64,000 bases of DNA from an uncultured Alphaproteobacteria bacterium (GTDB lineage Bacteria > Pseudomonadota > Alphaproteobacteria > Methylaequorales > Methylaequoraceae). The stretch covers positions 207,886 to 271,885 of the forward strand of contig CACEWP010000001.1 of the NCBI GenBank assembly GCA_902563305.1, written 5' to 3'. Positions 30,014 to 40,632 of this stretch are shown here, in pieces. Every line of letters starts with the position of its first letter. Positions within the stretch are counted from its first letter, which is position 1. The notes under the pieces were generated by a model. The model searched no databases, was not told the DNA's origin, and worked only from the letters and a program-made list of their open reading frames with translations. The position numbers and the translations under genes were made by a program.

Positions 30014-31105
30014 CTATTTTTCTATATAAAGTGACTGAGAGGGGAAAGCAAAAGAACATTTTCTCTTCTCGACTATTTTTTTGATCTCAACCGCAAGCCA
30101 ATCTTTGGATTCAATAAACCTTTTATAATCGTTAGTTTTTGTAAAACATCGAACCAATATATCAATAGAACTAGGAGCAAATTCGTTAATCTTAACAATA
30201 ACAGGGGTGGATTCTGATACAATAAAATCATTATTGTTTAAACGTATTGAATTCTCAATATCAGAACAAATATTTCTCAACTGATTTATTGTTGTTTTAT
30301 ATTCCACCCCAATGATCCAATTAATTCGTCTATTTGATATTTCGGTGATGTTTATTACTGCATTTTCCGCAAATTGGTAGTTGGGAATGAAGCATAGAGA
30401 TTTATCAAACTTCCTTATGGCTGTCGACCTGAACCCAATTTTTTCAACGCTACCTTCAATAATATTTTCAATGATGACAACATCTCCTTTTTTAAATCTT
30501 TTTTCAACTAAAACTAAAACGCCAGAAATTAAATTTTTAAATAAATCTTGTGCACCAAGTGCAACAGCTACTCCAAACAAACCCAATCCAGCAATAATTG
30601 GACCTACTTTTACCCCCCATAATTCAAGAACGGCTGAAAGACCTACAATAAAAACTACTATTTTTATTGAACTAATTAACCAGTCTAACAAATCATTTGT
30701 TAAAATTGATTTAAGATTTTTAATTTTATGACTCAGTGGTTCGACAGTTTTGCTAATGATCCAAAAAATTATTATCGTAAAAAGAGATTGATTTAGGTTG
30801 TTAAAAAAGATGTTGATCTTTTGAGGTGCATTTATAATGTTGGTTGCAATAAAAATACCAGCAGATATCACAGAAAATTCAATTAGACTATCAAGTGACT
30901 TTAAAAAAGAATCTTTACTTTTTTTGTCTAAAAACTTAACGATGATTGATGTTTTTTTAACAATTATTTTTTTAATCAACTTTCTTGAAAAGATGAAAAT
31001 TATTAAAACCAAAAGTGATAAGATAAAATTTAAAAGTGTAATATCTAGAAAAATAATTTTATTTCCAAGAACAATTTGCTCGTATATTTTATTAAATGTT
31101 TCCAT
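30014..31105 (-). CDS. Small-conductance mechanosensitive channel (MscS family)
   Basis: 363 aa with several N-terminal TM helices, then the MscS pore and beta-domain signature (GLGLFGVAVALGAQDLFKNLISGVLVL..KRFKKGDVV). Confidence 0.85.
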   Translation of the reverse strand: METFNKIYEQIVLGNKIIFLDITLLNFILSLLVLIIFIFSRKLIKKIIVKKTSIIVKFLDKKSKDSFLKSLDSLIEFSVISAGIFIATNIINAPQKINIFFNNLNQSLFTIIIFWIISKTVEPLSHKIKNLKSILTNDLLDWLISSIKIVVFIVGLSAVLELWGVKVGPIIAGLGLFGVAVALGAQDLFKNLISGVLVLVEKRFKKGDVVIIENIIEGSVEKIGFRSTAIRKFDKSLCFIPNYQFAENAVINITEISNRRINWIIGVEYKTTINQLRNICSDIENSIRLNNNDFIVSESTPVIVKINEFAPSSIDILVRCFTKTNDYKRFIESKDWLAVEIKKIVEKRKCSFAFPSQSLYIEK

Positions 31106-31619
31106 GTGAAATTATTTTCTTAAGTATTTTTGTTGAGTCTTCATAATCAAAACCTTGTTGAATAAGTTTACTTAATACTTTATCAAAAAGCTGTGTTTCT
31201 GTAAGACTTAATTTTTTTTGCTTTTCTATGATTTTTGATTTATTTAAATAGTTTCTTAGGAGTAATTCATTAAGATTTTCTTCATTAAATTTATTTGTAA
31301 GAAACGTCGAAGCAGTCTCATTATCAAATTGTGCTAAAAATATCTTGTATCTAATTTTTTTTTTGGAAAAACCTTTTTCTACACAACTTTGAAATAGATT
31401 TTCTAACATATTTTTTTCATTAAAGAATCCGATTTTTTCGAAGTGTTTAATAACCTCAATCATCTCAGATTTAGATTTTTCGTATTCAATTTTACTTATT
31501 TTTTTTTCGAAAAAATCCTTGGTGATTTTTTTTTTTAATATATCCTCAAATTTTTTTTTGGTAACAGTATATCTAGAAAGATAATAATTTGAATATTTTT
31601 TAAAATAGTCAGATATCAT
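31092..31619 (-). CDS. recX: RecA regulator RecX
   Basis: 175 aa helical repeat protein with YYLSRY..T..K and repeated ~45-aa helical modules typical of RecX. The assignment is from pattern only. Confidence 0.65.
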   Translation of the reverse strand: MISDYFKKYSNYYLSRYTVTKKKFEDILKKKITKDFFEKKISKIEYEKSKSEMIEVIKHFEKIGFFNEKNMLENLFQSCVEKGFSKKKIRYKIFLAQFDNETASTFLTNKFNEENLNELLLRNYLNKSKIIEKQKKLSLTETQLFDKVLSKLIQQGFDYEDSTKILKKIISHGNI

Positions 31620-31662
31620 ATTTACGAAACAAGTTTAGTATAGGATAAAAGCATTTATAATT

Positions 31663-32451
31663 ATGTATAATATAAAAAGTTTTAAAGGTTTCAATTGGAT
31701 TGGGTTTTTTACTCTTTACAAGAAGGAAGTAAAAAGATTTTTTAATGTTTTTGCTCAAACTATTTTAGCCCCAGCTGTAACCACAATTTTATTCTATTTA
31801 ATTTTTACATTATCAATCGATAGGAATTTTTTAATGTCTGGTGACCTTGTGTATTCGGAGTTTTTAGCACCTGGTTTGATTTGTATGTCCATAATGCAAA
31901 ATGCTTTTGCAAATACATCATCTTCAATTTTGATTTCCAAGGTTCAGGGTAATATTGTTGATGTCCTTATGCCACCAATGTCAGAGTTAGAACTTACTTT
32001 TTCTTATTCTCTTGGCGGTATAACTAGAGGTATACTTGTTGGTATGTCAGTGGGTTTGTTAATTTATAATTTTGTGCCTTTGAAAATTTTTAATCTATCA
32101 ATTATCATTTTTTTTGGAATTTTTTCTTCTTTATTTTTATCATTATTAGGAATTTTGTGCGGTGTATGGGCAAAAAAGTTCGATCATATGGCATCCATTA
32201 CCAATTTTATTATCTTGCCACTTACATTTCTTTCAGGTACTTTTTACACGGTTGATAGATTACCAGAATTTTGGAGCTTTCTAGCAAGTTGGAATCCCTT
32301 TTTTTATATGATAGATGGTTTTAGATATGGATTTTTAGGTCAAGGAGACAGTAACATTTTTGTAGGATGTATAGTGTTAGTGAGTTTAAATCTAGTTTTA
32401 TTATTTTTAACAATATATATTTTTAGAAAAGGTTATGGTTTAAGGTCATAA
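31663..32451 (+). CDS. ABC-2 type transporter permease (YadH-like); no partner ATPase adjacent
   Basis: 262 aa with 6 predicted TM segments and ABC-2 family features (WNPFFYMIDGFRYGFLG). It is flanked by recX and argD, and neither is an ABC ATPase. Confidence 0.8.
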   Translation: MYNIKSFKGFNWIGFFTLYKKEVKRFFNVFAQTILAPAVTTILFYLIFTLSIDRNFLMSGDLVYSEFLAPGLICMSIMQNAFANTSSSILISKVQGNIVDVLMPPMSELELTFSYSLGGITRGILVGMSVGLLIYNFVPLKIFNLSIIIFFGIFSSLFLSLLGILCGVWAKKFDHMASITNFIILPLTFLSGTFYTVDRLPEFWSFLASWNPFFYMIDGFRYGFLGQGDSNIFVGCIVLVSLNLVLLFLTIYIFRKGYGLRS

Positions 32452-33615
32452 ATGAGTATTTTAAATGTTTATAACCCTTTAAGTATTGAAGTTGACCATG
32501 GTGATGGTGTATATTTATATTCAAAAGAGGGTACAAGATACCTTGATTTTACCAGTGGAATTGGTGTAACCAGTTTAGGACATAGCCATCCTTCATTAAT
32601 ATCAGCTCTCAAAGACCAAGCTGAAAAGATATGGCACTGCTCGAATCTCTTTAAAATCGAAAATCAGCAAATTGTTGCAGATAAAATTACAAAAAATTCA
32701 TTTGCTGATTCTGTTTTTTTTTGCAACTCTGGAACTGAGGCAGTTGAGGCTGGAGTTAAAGCAATAAGAAAGTACTATAACTACAAAAAAGAAAAAAAAT
32801 TTAAAATAATATGTGCAAGAAACTCTTTTCATGGAAGAACTTATGCCGCAATATCTGCAAGTGGGAAATCTAAACTCACTGACGGATTTGAACCAATATT
32901 AAATGGATTTAAACAGGTTGATTTTAACAACAGTAAAGAATTATTAAAAAAAATTGATAAAGAAACCGCTGGGATAATGATTGAAACAGTTCAAGGTGAG
33001 GGAGGAATTACTCCGGCAAAAAAACAATATTTAAGAGATGTTCAGAAAATTGCTGATGATAATGATATTTTATTGTTCTTTGATGAAGTTCAATGTGGAA
33101 TAGGTAGAACTGGAAAATTTTTAGCCACAGAATGGGTGAAGGAGTTGAAGCCTAATTTAGTAGCGGTAGCCAAAGGAATTGGGGGTGGCTTTCCAATTGG
33201 TGCACTTTTGTTAGATAAAAAAACTTCTAAGTCTATGAATCCAGGATCGCATGGCTCAACTTTTGGAGGGAATCCGCTTGGAATGGCTGTTGCTAATGAA
33301 GTTCTGAACTTTATTTTAAATGAAGAATTCTTAGATCATGTAAGAGAGATTGGGTATAACTTAAGAAAACTTTTAAAAGAAGAAATTGTTCCAAAGTTTC
33401 CTAAATTAGTTTCAGAAGTTAGAGGAATAGGTCTTATGATAGGATTGGTGGCTTTAGAAAAAAATGAAATTCTAATAAAAGCATTGATTAAAGAAAAATT
33501 ACTTACTGTAAAAGCAGGACAAAATGTTATTAGAATGTTACCTCCATTAATTTTGGAAATGAAACATGTCGATGAAGCTATAGCCAAAATTGATAAAGCT
33601 TTTTCCAATATATGA
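32452..33615 (+). CDS. argD: Acetylornithine aminotransferase
   Basis: 387 aa class-III aminotransferase with GIGVTSLGH, FCNSGTEA, DEVQCGIGRTG and the Lys region VAVAKGIGGG. Confidence 0.9.
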   Translation: MSILNVYNPLSIEVDHGDGVYLYSKEGTRYLDFTSGIGVTSLGHSHPSLISALKDQAEKIWHCSNLFKIENQQIVADKITKNSFADSVFFCNSGTEAVEAGVKAIRKYYNYKKEKKFKIICARNSFHGRTYAAISASGKSKLTDGFEPILNGFKQVDFNNSKELLKKIDKETAGIMIETVQGEGGITPAKKQYLRDVQKIADDNDILLFFDEVQCGIGRTGKFLATEWVKELKPNLVAVAKGIGGGFPIGALLLDKKTSKSMNPGSHGSTFGGNPLGMAVANEVLNFILNEEFLDHVREIGYNLRKLLKEEIVPKFPKLVSEVRGIGLMIGLVALEKNEILIKALIKEKLLTVKAGQNVIRMLPPLILEMKHVDEAIAKIDKAFSNI

Positions 33616-34529
33616 AGAATAAAATGAAGAACCCTTTTAGACATTTTTTAAATTTAGATGAGATTGATACCAAAGAAATAAATCTTATTTTAAAAGAGAG
33701 TCATAAAGTAAAAAAAAATTACAAAAAAAAACAATTTACTGAAAAGAAAATTTTAGCAATGATTTTTGAGAAACCATCAACCAGAACCAGAGTTTCTTTT
33801 GAGGTCGGAATGAAATTGCTTAATGGGGATGTTGTTATTTTGGATCATGCAGATTCACAACTTGGAAGAGGAGAATCACTTGAAGATACTATGAAGGTTT
33901 TATCTAAGTATACAGATATAGTTGTGTATAGAGGTTCAAATGAAGAAAGACTTTATAAACTTTCAAAAGTATCAACAGTTCCAATAATAAATGGGCTAAC
34001 AGATGCTAGTCATCCTTGTCAAATAATAGCAGATATAATGACACTACAAGAAAAATTTGAATCATTAAACGATTTAAACATCAGCTGGATCGGAGATGGA
34101 AACAATGTTTGTAATTCATGGATCCATGCAAGTATCCATTTTGATTTTAATTTTAAAATTTCCTGTCCGCCGGGTAATTTTCCTCAAAAAAAACTCTTAA
34201 AAAAATTTAAAAAAGGCAATATACAACTTTATAATGATCCTTATGAAGCTGTAATAGATTCTGATGTGATTATCACAGATACATGGGTATCAATGGGTAT
34301 GAAAAATAATCCCGAAAGATTAAAGAAATTTAAAAAGTTTCAAATAAATGAAAAGTTATTAAAAAAGACAAATAAACAAACTTATTTTTTGCATTGCCTA
34401 CCTGCACACAGGGGTTGTGAGGTTACCGACGGCGTAATTGACGGAAAAAAATCATTAGTTTGGGTTGAAGCAGAAAATAGATTGTATGCTCATCAAGCTA
34501 TATTGCTCTGGTGTTTAAAAAAAATATAG
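33612..34529 (+). CDS. argF: Ornithine carbamoyltransferase
   Basis: It has STRTR, HPCQ and HCLP motifs. Length is 305 aa. It overlaps the argD stop. Confidence 0.95.
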   Translation: MKNKMKNPFRHFLNLDEIDTKEINLILKESHKVKKNYKKKQFTEKKILAMIFEKPSTRTRVSFEVGMKLLNGDVVILDHADSQLGRGESLEDTMKVLSKYTDIVVYRGSNEERLYKLSKVSTVPIINGLTDASHPCQIIADIMTLQEKFESLNDLNISWIGDGNNVCNSWIHASIHFDFNFKISCPPGNFPQKKLLKKFKKGNIQLYNDPYEAVIDSDVIITDTWVSMGMKNNPERLKKFKKFQINEKLLKKTNKQTYFLHCLPAHRGCEVTDGVIDGKKSLVWVEAENRLYAHQAILLWCLKKI

Positions 34530-34532
34530 TAA

Positions 34533-35981
34533 TTATCTTTTCCATAATTGAGGGGAGAGCAGTATTAAGATAGGGAAAAGCTCGAGTCTACCAACAAGCA
34601 TTCCCAGACACAAAAAAAGTTTAGTAAAATCAGAAATTGAAGAATAATTTCCACTAGGTCCAATAATTTCATTCAATCCAGGACCGACATTTGCTAATGT
34701 AGCTGCTGCTCCAGACAAAGACGTCAGAATTTGTTGACCATCATAAGCTAGGACCAGGCTAAGAGCTGCAAAAATAAATATATATAAGAAAAAGTAACTG
34801 GTAACAGAATTTAATATATCTTCACTAATTTCTCTTGAATTGTATGTTGGTAGAAAAACACCTCTTGGTTGAATTATTTTTTTTATTAGATTAAGAGATG
34901 ACTTTATCAGTATTTGAACTCTAAAAATCTTTAAACCACAACTAGAAGAACCTGAACACCCACCTATTAACATCAGGAATAAAAATAACAAGGTTGTGAA
35001 TGATCCCCAAACGCTAAAATCATAGGTGCTAAAACCACTTCCTGTTGAGATGGATACTACAGCAAAAGCAGAGATCCTTAGCGACTGAAAGAAATCAACC
35101 TCATAATATCTCTTAAGCCAAAAGGAAACAATAACAGTGACTATTAATATTAAAACCAAAAAAAATTGTACTTGTGAGCTTTTTATTAAGTCAGTTACTT
35201 TTCCTCTTAGTGATTGAAATAATAAAATAAAAGGTAACGAAGAAAGAATCATGAAGAAAATAGTAACTATTTCCGTTGATATGGAATCAAAAAACCCAAT
35301 GGACATATCCTTTGTAGAAAATCCACCGGTTGCAATTATTGTCATTCCATGGGCAATGCTATCAAATAATGACATGCCTGAAATAAATAAAGCTATGCAA
35401 CAAATAACTGAGAGAAAAATATATACAAATCCAATCCCAGTAGCGATTTTAGTTGTTCTTGGAAGTACTTTTTCCTCCTTAGAGCTAAATTCACTTTGGA
35501 ATAACTGCATACCTCCAATTTTTAAGATTGGGAAAATGGCAATAGCAATTACGATAATTCCTATACCACCAAGCCATTGAAGCATTGCGCGCCAAATTAA
35601 AATAGATTTTGAAGTGTTGTCTAGATTCTGAATTACGGTAGCTCCAGTGGTTGTTAATCCAGACATTGATTCAAAAAAAGAATCTGAAAGAGATAAGCTA
35701 GTTGTACCCAAAAAGAAAGGTAATGCTCCGATAGATGCTAAAATTATCCATGAAATAAGTGTTAATAAAAAAGCAGATAAAACTTCTACATCTTTATCTT
35801 TTCTTTTGAAAATAAAAGAAACATTTAAGCCAGTAAAGAGACAAACAATTGATATAACAAAAAAAACTACCCAATCAGTTCCACCATGATAATAATCAAT
35901 TAACCCGGGAATAAACGAATAGATTGAAAAAAAAACTAGTAAGTTTCCAATTATAAAGAGAGAAGACTTTAGGTTTTCCAT
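34533..35981 (-). CDS. trkH: Trk-type potassium uptake protein TrkH
   Basis: 482 aa polytopic membrane protein with repeated pore-loop motifs (TTTGAT, ATGGFS, STGSGFS, NVGPG). Confidence 0.9.
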   Translation of the reverse strand: MENLKSSLFIIGNLLVFFSIYSFIPGLIDYYHGGTDWVVFFVISIVCLFTGLNVSFIFKRKDKDVEVLSAFLLTLISWIILASIGALPFFLGTTSLSLSDSFFESMSGLTTTGATVIQNLDNTSKSILIWRAMLQWLGGIGIIVIAIAIFPILKIGGMQLFQSEFSSKEEKVLPRTTKIATGIGFVYIFLSVICCIALFISGMSLFDSIAHGMTIIATGGFSTKDMSIGFFDSISTEIVTIFFMILSSLPFILLFQSLRGKVTDLIKSSQVQFFLVLILIVTVIVSFWLKRYYEVDFFQSLRISAFAVVSISTGSGFSTYDFSVWGSFTTLLFLFLMLIGGCSGSSSCGLKIFRVQILIKSSLNLIKKIIQPRGVFLPTYNSREISEDILNSVTSYFFLYIFIFAALSLVLAYDGQQILTSLSGAAATLANVGPGLNEIIGPSGNYSSISDFTKLFLCLGMLVGRLELFPILILLSPQLWKR

Positions 35982-35984
35982 AAT

Positions 35985-36368
35985 TTAATTAAGATTATTT
36001 TCTTTGTTTGGAATATCCAAAGAAAATGCTGGTATATCCACCTGAAATTCTTGACCATCCCAACTTTCCATTTTGTAACTTCCATGCATAAGCCCCGAGC
36101 TTGTTTTAAGTGGCGTTCCACTTGTATATTCAAATTCATCTCCTGGTTCAATTGTGGGTTGTTCACCAACAACACCTTTTCCCTTAACTTCCCTTAAATT
36201 TCCATTTGAATCAAAAATTTTCCAATGCCTGCTGATCAATTTAATTCTCTCATTTCCGTTATTTTTAATCCTTACTTTATATGCCCATAGATAAGAATCT
36301 TCAAACGGATCTGAGTGATCCTCAAGATAAGTAGGTTCAACTAAAACTGTAACTTTATATTTTTGCAT
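35985..36368 (-). CDS. apaG: ApaG (DUF525) protein
   Basis: 127 aa. YAYKVRIKN.G...KLISRHW.I.D..G and VVGEQP.I.PG..F.Y.S match the ApaG signature. Confidence 0.9.
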   Translation of the reverse strand: MQKYKVTVLVEPTYLEDHSDPFEDSYLWAYKVRIKNNGNERIKLISRHWKIFDSNGNLREVKGKGVVGEQPTIEPGDEFEYTSGTPLKTSSGLMHGSYKMESWDGQEFQVDIPAFSLDIPNKENNLN

Positions 36369-36377
36369 AATAATTTC

Positions 36378-37568
36378 TCATTTGTTTATTTTTTTTAAAG
36401 CATTATCGATATCATCTATCAGGTCTTCAGGGTCTTCTAAACCTACAGAGAGTCTGATTAAATTTTTTGTAATTCCTAATTCTTTCTTTTCTCTATTGTT
36501 CAGCCTATGGTGAGTTGTAGTTTCTGGGTGAGTGATTAATGATTTATTGTCTCCTAGATTATTGGAAATATTTATTAATGACAAATTATTTAAAAATGAA
36601 AATGATTCTTCTTTACTTTCAATATTCTTTGAAACAATTTCAAATGAAATAATATTTCCTCCACTTTTCATTTGTTTTTTTGCCACATGTAGCTGTGGCG
36701 AACTTTCAAGATAAGGATAGTAAATTTTTTTAATTAAATTAGATTGCTTTAGATAATCAATAATCAAATTTGCGCTATTTACCTGTTTTTGTATTCTTAG
36801 CTCCAGTGTCTCAAGACCTTTAATTAAAACCCATGCATTAAAGGGGCTGATTGATGGCCCGGTATTCCTAATAAAAGGTTTTACAAATTTATCACAATAT
36901 TTTTTCCTTCCCAGAATGGCACCACCCAAAACTCTTCCATGTCCATCAATATGTTTAGTTGCAGAGTACATCACTAAGTCTGCTCCTAGGTCAATTGGCT
37001 TTTGTAGTAATGGTGTAGCAAAAACATTGTCAACAACAACTAATACTTGTTTTTTTTTGGCTATTTTTGTTACTTCTTTGATGTCAATTATTTCCAAACA
37101 AGGGTTGGAAGGAGTTTCAAAGAAAATCATTGAGGTTTTTTTTTTAAGTGCTTTTTCCCACGAATTCAAATCTTTGCCATCAATTAGCTCAACTTCAATT
37201 CCAAATTTTGGAAGAATTACAGTTAAAATATGATGACAACTTCCAAAAAGGGCTCTGCCGGCAACGACTCTGTCACCTTTTTTAAGATACGACATGAAAA
37301 TAGTAAAAACCGCCGACATTCCTGTCGAGGTGGCCCAACAAACCTCTGCACCCTCAATATCAGCTAATTTTTTCTGAAGTATTTCAACTGTTGGATTACC
37401 AAACCTTGAATACATGAACCTTTTTTTTTCTTCTTTGAAAGCTTCTTCTGCTTCTTCAGCAGTTTTGTATGTAAAGCCTGAAGTTAAAAATAATGGTTCA
37501 CTTGTTTCCATGAATTCGGTTCTAAGTAATCCAGATCTTATTAATTTTGTTGAAATTTTTTTTCTCAT
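36378..37568 (-). CDS. metZ: O-succinylhomoserine sulfhydrylase (Cys/Met-metabolism PLP enzyme)
   Basis: 396 aa with YSRFGNPT and the PLP-lysine region YSATKHIDGHG. This is the MetZ-like subgroup common in alphaproteobacteria. Confidence 0.85.
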   Translation of the reverse strand: MRKKISTKLIRSGLLRTEFMETSEPLFLTSGFTYKTAEEAEEAFKEEKKRFMYSRFGNPTVEILQKKLADIEGAEVCWATSTGMSAVFTIFMSYLKKGDRVVAGRALFGSCHHILTVILPKFGIEVELIDGKDLNSWEKALKKKTSMIFFETPSNPCLEIIDIKEVTKIAKKKQVLVVVDNVFATPLLQKPIDLGADLVMYSATKHIDGHGRVLGGAILGRKKYCDKFVKPFIRNTGPSISPFNAWVLIKGLETLELRIQKQVNSANLIIDYLKQSNLIKKIYYPYLESSPQLHVAKKQMKSGGNIISFEIVSKNIESKEESFSFLNNLSLINISNNLGDNKSLITHPETTTHHRLNNREKKELGITKNLIRLSVGLEDPEDLIDDIDNALKKINK

Positions 37569-37618
37569 ATAAATTTTAGATTAACATTTTCTAAAATTTA
37601 TTTATAGTAGTGAAAGTT

Positions 37619-38887
37619 ATGAGAGCAAAGTTTTTTTTAATTATATCTTTTTGTATAATTTTTTCTATTTCTTCTATTGTTGAAACTAGGGAGTTGTCAA
37701 TTCAACAACTTGAAGAGAGAAAAAAAGCTGATCTTGAAAGAAAAAAAGCAAGAGAGAAACGTGGAAAGAAAAATTTTCAAAAAAAAATTTCAATTACAAC
37801 GGATGTAGTATTTATATCCAAAGAGAGAGAGGTTCCACCTGTACTCTCAAACCTTGACCCTATTCTTGAAGACGAGGGTTTTTATGGTGTAAAATTAGCA
37901 ATCGAAGATAATCTCACAACTGGTAGATTTCTTGGCCACGATTACAAAGCAGAATTCCACAGAGTATTGTTGGATGAAGACATAGGAATTGAATTTAAAA
38001 AGCTTATGAAAAAAGGAAAAAAGTTTTTTGTAGTAGATTTTAATCATAACGAACTTCTCTCATTAATGAAAATCCCTGGAATTGAAGAAGTTTTAATTTT
38101 TAATACTAGAGCAAAAAGCGATTCTTTGAGGAATGAAGAGTGCAGAAAAAATTTTTTTCATATTGCACCTAGTTATTCTATTTTATCTGATGCATTAACA
38201 CAGTATTTAGTAAAAAAAAAATGGAAAAAATGGTTTTTGGTTACTGGACCTAAAAAAAACGATCGACTTTATGCTGATGCATTGAAAAAATCTGCAAAAA
38301 AATTTAATATAAAAATTAAAGATCAGAAAACTTGGGACTTTACGTCTGACTTGAGAAGAACAGCAGGAAAAGAAGTTCCAATTTTTACGAAAACTTCAAA
38401 CTATGATGTTCTTGTTGTTGCCGATGAGGCAGGAGAATTTGGAGAATATCTAGCTTACAGAACATGGGACCCAAGACCGGTTGTTGGAACGCAAGGTCTT
38501 AAACCAAACTCTTGGCATCGTACACATGAGCAGTGGGGGGCAACACAAATGCAAAATAGGTTTAGAAGAGAAAGTGGTAGATGGATGACAGAAGTTGACT
38601 ATCATTCGTGGACAGCTGTAAGAGCTATTGGAGAAAGTATTACTAGAACGAATAGTAATAATGTAAGAGATGTTCAAGAATATATGCTAGGTGATAAATT
38701 TGGTTTAGGTGCCTATAAAGGTGTGAAAGTTTCTTTTAGATCTTGGAATGGCCAATTAAGGCAGCCTGTTCTATTAGCTGCGCCAAGGTCTATGGTATCA
38801 GTTTCACCTCAAGATGGATATATTCATCCTGTTAGTGAACTAGATACCTTAGGGAAAGATAGGCCCGAATCTTCTTGTAAATTCTAA
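37619..38887 (+). CDS. Periplasmic binding protein of the PQQ-dehydrogenase-associated ABC system (PedA1/LutA-like)
   Basis: It has a signal peptide, a Lys/Glu-rich ~35-aa spacer, then a type-I (LivJ-like) binding-protein body. It is first of four genes with the same order as pedA1-pedA2-pedB-pedC. ATG 37619 was chosen over GTG 37610. Confidence 0.7.
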   Translation: MRAKFFLIISFCIIFSISSIVETRELSIQQLEERKKADLERKKAREKRGKKNFQKKISITTDVVFISKEREVPPVLSNLDPILEDEGFYGVKLAIEDNLTTGRFLGHDYKAEFHRVLLDEDIGIEFKKLMKKGKKFFVVDFNHNELLSLMKIPGIEEVLIFNTRAKSDSLRNEECRKNFFHIAPSYSILSDALTQYLVKKKWKKWFLVTGPKKNDRLYADALKKSAKKFNIKIKDQKTWDFTSDLRRTAGKEVPIFTKTSNYDVLVVADEAGEFGEYLAYRTWDPRPVVGTQGLKPNSWHRTHEQWGATQMQNRFRRESGRWMTEVDYHSWTAVRAIGESITRTNSNNVRDVQEYMLGDKFGLGAYKGVKVSFRSWNGQLRQPVLLAAPRSMVSVSPQDGYIHPVSELDTLGKDRPESSCKF

Positions 38888-38909
38888 AATTTTTAATACA
38901 TTATATTTT

Positions 38910-39875
38910 ATGAAAATTATTTTTATCTTATTATTTTATTCATTTTTTAATTTTAATTTCGTCAAAGCTAATTTGGCCTATATTACTAACGAAAAAGACA
39001 ATACAGTAAGCGTAATTGATATAAAAAAGAAAAAAGTTATTAAAACAGTTAAAGTTGGACAAAGACCCAGAGGGATTATAATGTCCAATGATGGCAAACT
39101 AGTTCTCATTTGTGCTTCTGACGATGACAGAGTTGAAGTAAGAGATGCAGAAACATTAAAACTAAAGTATCATTTACCTTCAGGACCTGATCCAGAACTT
39201 TTTATTTTATCACCTGAAAATGATATTCTTTACATTGCCAATGAAGACGACGCAATGGTAACTGTGGTAGATATGAATGATAAAATGATTATTGATGATA
39301 TACCTGTTGGTGTTGAGCCAGAAGGTATGGGGCTTACAAACAATGGTAAGGTTTTAGTTAACACTTCTGAAACCACAAATATGGCACACTTTATAAATAC
39401 TGATACCCTTGAAATCACAGAAAACGTATTAGTAGATGCAAGACCAAGGGTAGCTATGTTTACCCCAGACAACAAAGAGGTTTGGGTTTCTGCTGAGATT
39501 GGAGGGACAGTCAAAGTAATTAGCCCGAGTAATCATGAGGTTACTCATACAATAGGGTTCGAAATACCCGGAGTAAATGAGGAAAGTATTCAACCCGTTG
39601 GTGTTAGACATACTGATGATGGAAAATATACATTTGTAGCTTTAGGTCCTGCAAATAGAATCGCGGTTATTGATCAAAAAACTAAAAAAGTTATCAAATA
39701 TTTGCTAGTTGGTCAGAGAGTGTGGCAACTTGCATTTACTCCTGATCAGAAAACACTACTGAGTACAAACGGAGTTAGTAATGATGTTTCTATTATTAAT
39801 GTAGATAAACTTAAAGTTGAAAAGTCAGTCAAAGTTGGAAGATTTCCTTGGGGAGTTGTTATAAGTCCTAACTAG
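38910..39875 (+). CDS. Secreted YVTN-repeat beta-propeller protein (PedA2/LutB-like)
   Basis: It has a signal peptide and repeated ~40-aa YVTN-type blades (YITNEKDNTVSVID..., YIANEDDAMVTVVD..., LLSTNGVSNDVSIIN...). Confidence 0.75.
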   Translation: MKIIFILLFYSFFNFNFVKANLAYITNEKDNTVSVIDIKKKKVIKTVKVGQRPRGIIMSNDGKLVLICASDDDRVEVRDAETLKLKYHLPSGPDPELFILSPENDILYIANEDDAMVTVVDMNDKMIIDDIPVGVEPEGMGLTNNGKVLVNTSETTNMAHFINTDTLEITENVLVDARPRVAMFTPDNKEVWVSAEIGGTVKVISPSNHEVTHTIGFEIPGVNEESIQPVGVRHTDDGKYTFVALGPANRIAVIDQKTKKVIKYLLVGQRVWQLAFTPDQKTLLSTNGVSNDVSIINVDKLKVEKSVKVGRFPWGVVISPN

Positions 39876-39901
39876 AAAGGCACTATTAACTAACATGCAC
39901 A

Positions 39902-40627
39902 ATGACCGTTGCGCTAGAAATTAAAAATGTTTCTCATAATTTTGGAAAATTCACTGCTCTTGATGATGTAAGTCTAAATATAAATTCTGGTGATTTCACA
40001 GTTTTGTTAGGGTTGAACGGTGCTGGAAAAACAACCCTTTACTCGTTAATCACAAGACTTTACAATAACAATTCCGGAACGATTAAAATATATGGATTCG
40101 ATGTCAGAGAGAATCCTGTTAATGCACTTAAAAATATCGGAGTTGTTTTTCAGCAACCTACCTTGGATCTTGATCTGAGCGTTAAAGAAAACCTTCAGTA
40201 CCACTCTTCACTTCATGGTATAAGTTCTGAAGAGGCAAACAAAAGAATTGACAACGAAATAGGTAGAATAAAATTAGATGAGAAGATTAAAAGTAAAGTA
40301 AGGTCATTATCAGGCGGTCAGAGACGAAGAGTTGAAATTGCAAGATCACTCCTTCACAAACCCAAGCTATTACTTCTGGATGAACCAACTGTTGGTCTAG
40401 ACATAGGCTCAAGGCAAATGATCTTAGATCACGTAAAAAGTTTATGTAAAAAAAATAATTTAGCAGTTCTATGGGCTACACATTTAATTGATGAGATTGA
40501 CAAGGGTGAAAAGGTGATAGTTATCCATAAAGGAAGTGTTATTGAATCTGGGGATGTTTCAAAAATAGTTAAAAAAACAAAAACTAAGAATATCAGAGAT
40601 GCATTTAATAAATTAGTGGGAATTTAA
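39902..40627 (+). CDS. ABC transporter ATP-binding protein (PedB/LutE-like)
   Basis: It has Walker A GLNGAGKTT, signature LSGGQRRRVEIA and Walker B LLLLDEPT. Length is 241 aa. Confidence 0.9.
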   Translation: MTVALEIKNVSHNFGKFTALDDVSLNINSGDFTVLLGLNGAGKTTLYSLITRLYNNNSGTIKIYGFDVRENPVNALKNIGVVFQQPTLDLDLSVKENLQYHSSLHGISSEEANKRIDNEIGRIKLDEKIKSKVRSLSGGQRRRVEIARSLLHKPKLLLLDEPTVGLDIGSRQMILDHVKSLCKKNNLAVLWATHLIDEIDKGEKVIVIHKGSVIESGDVSKIVKKTKTKNIRDAFNKLVGI

Positions 40628-40632
40628 AAAAT

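Noticed and set aside
37569-37618. A possible SAM riboswitch upstream of metZ, since these are common in alphaproteobacteria.
   Set aside because: Only about 40-50 nt separate metZ from the divergent gene, all AT-rich with no pairing potential. That is too short for any known SAM riboswitch class.
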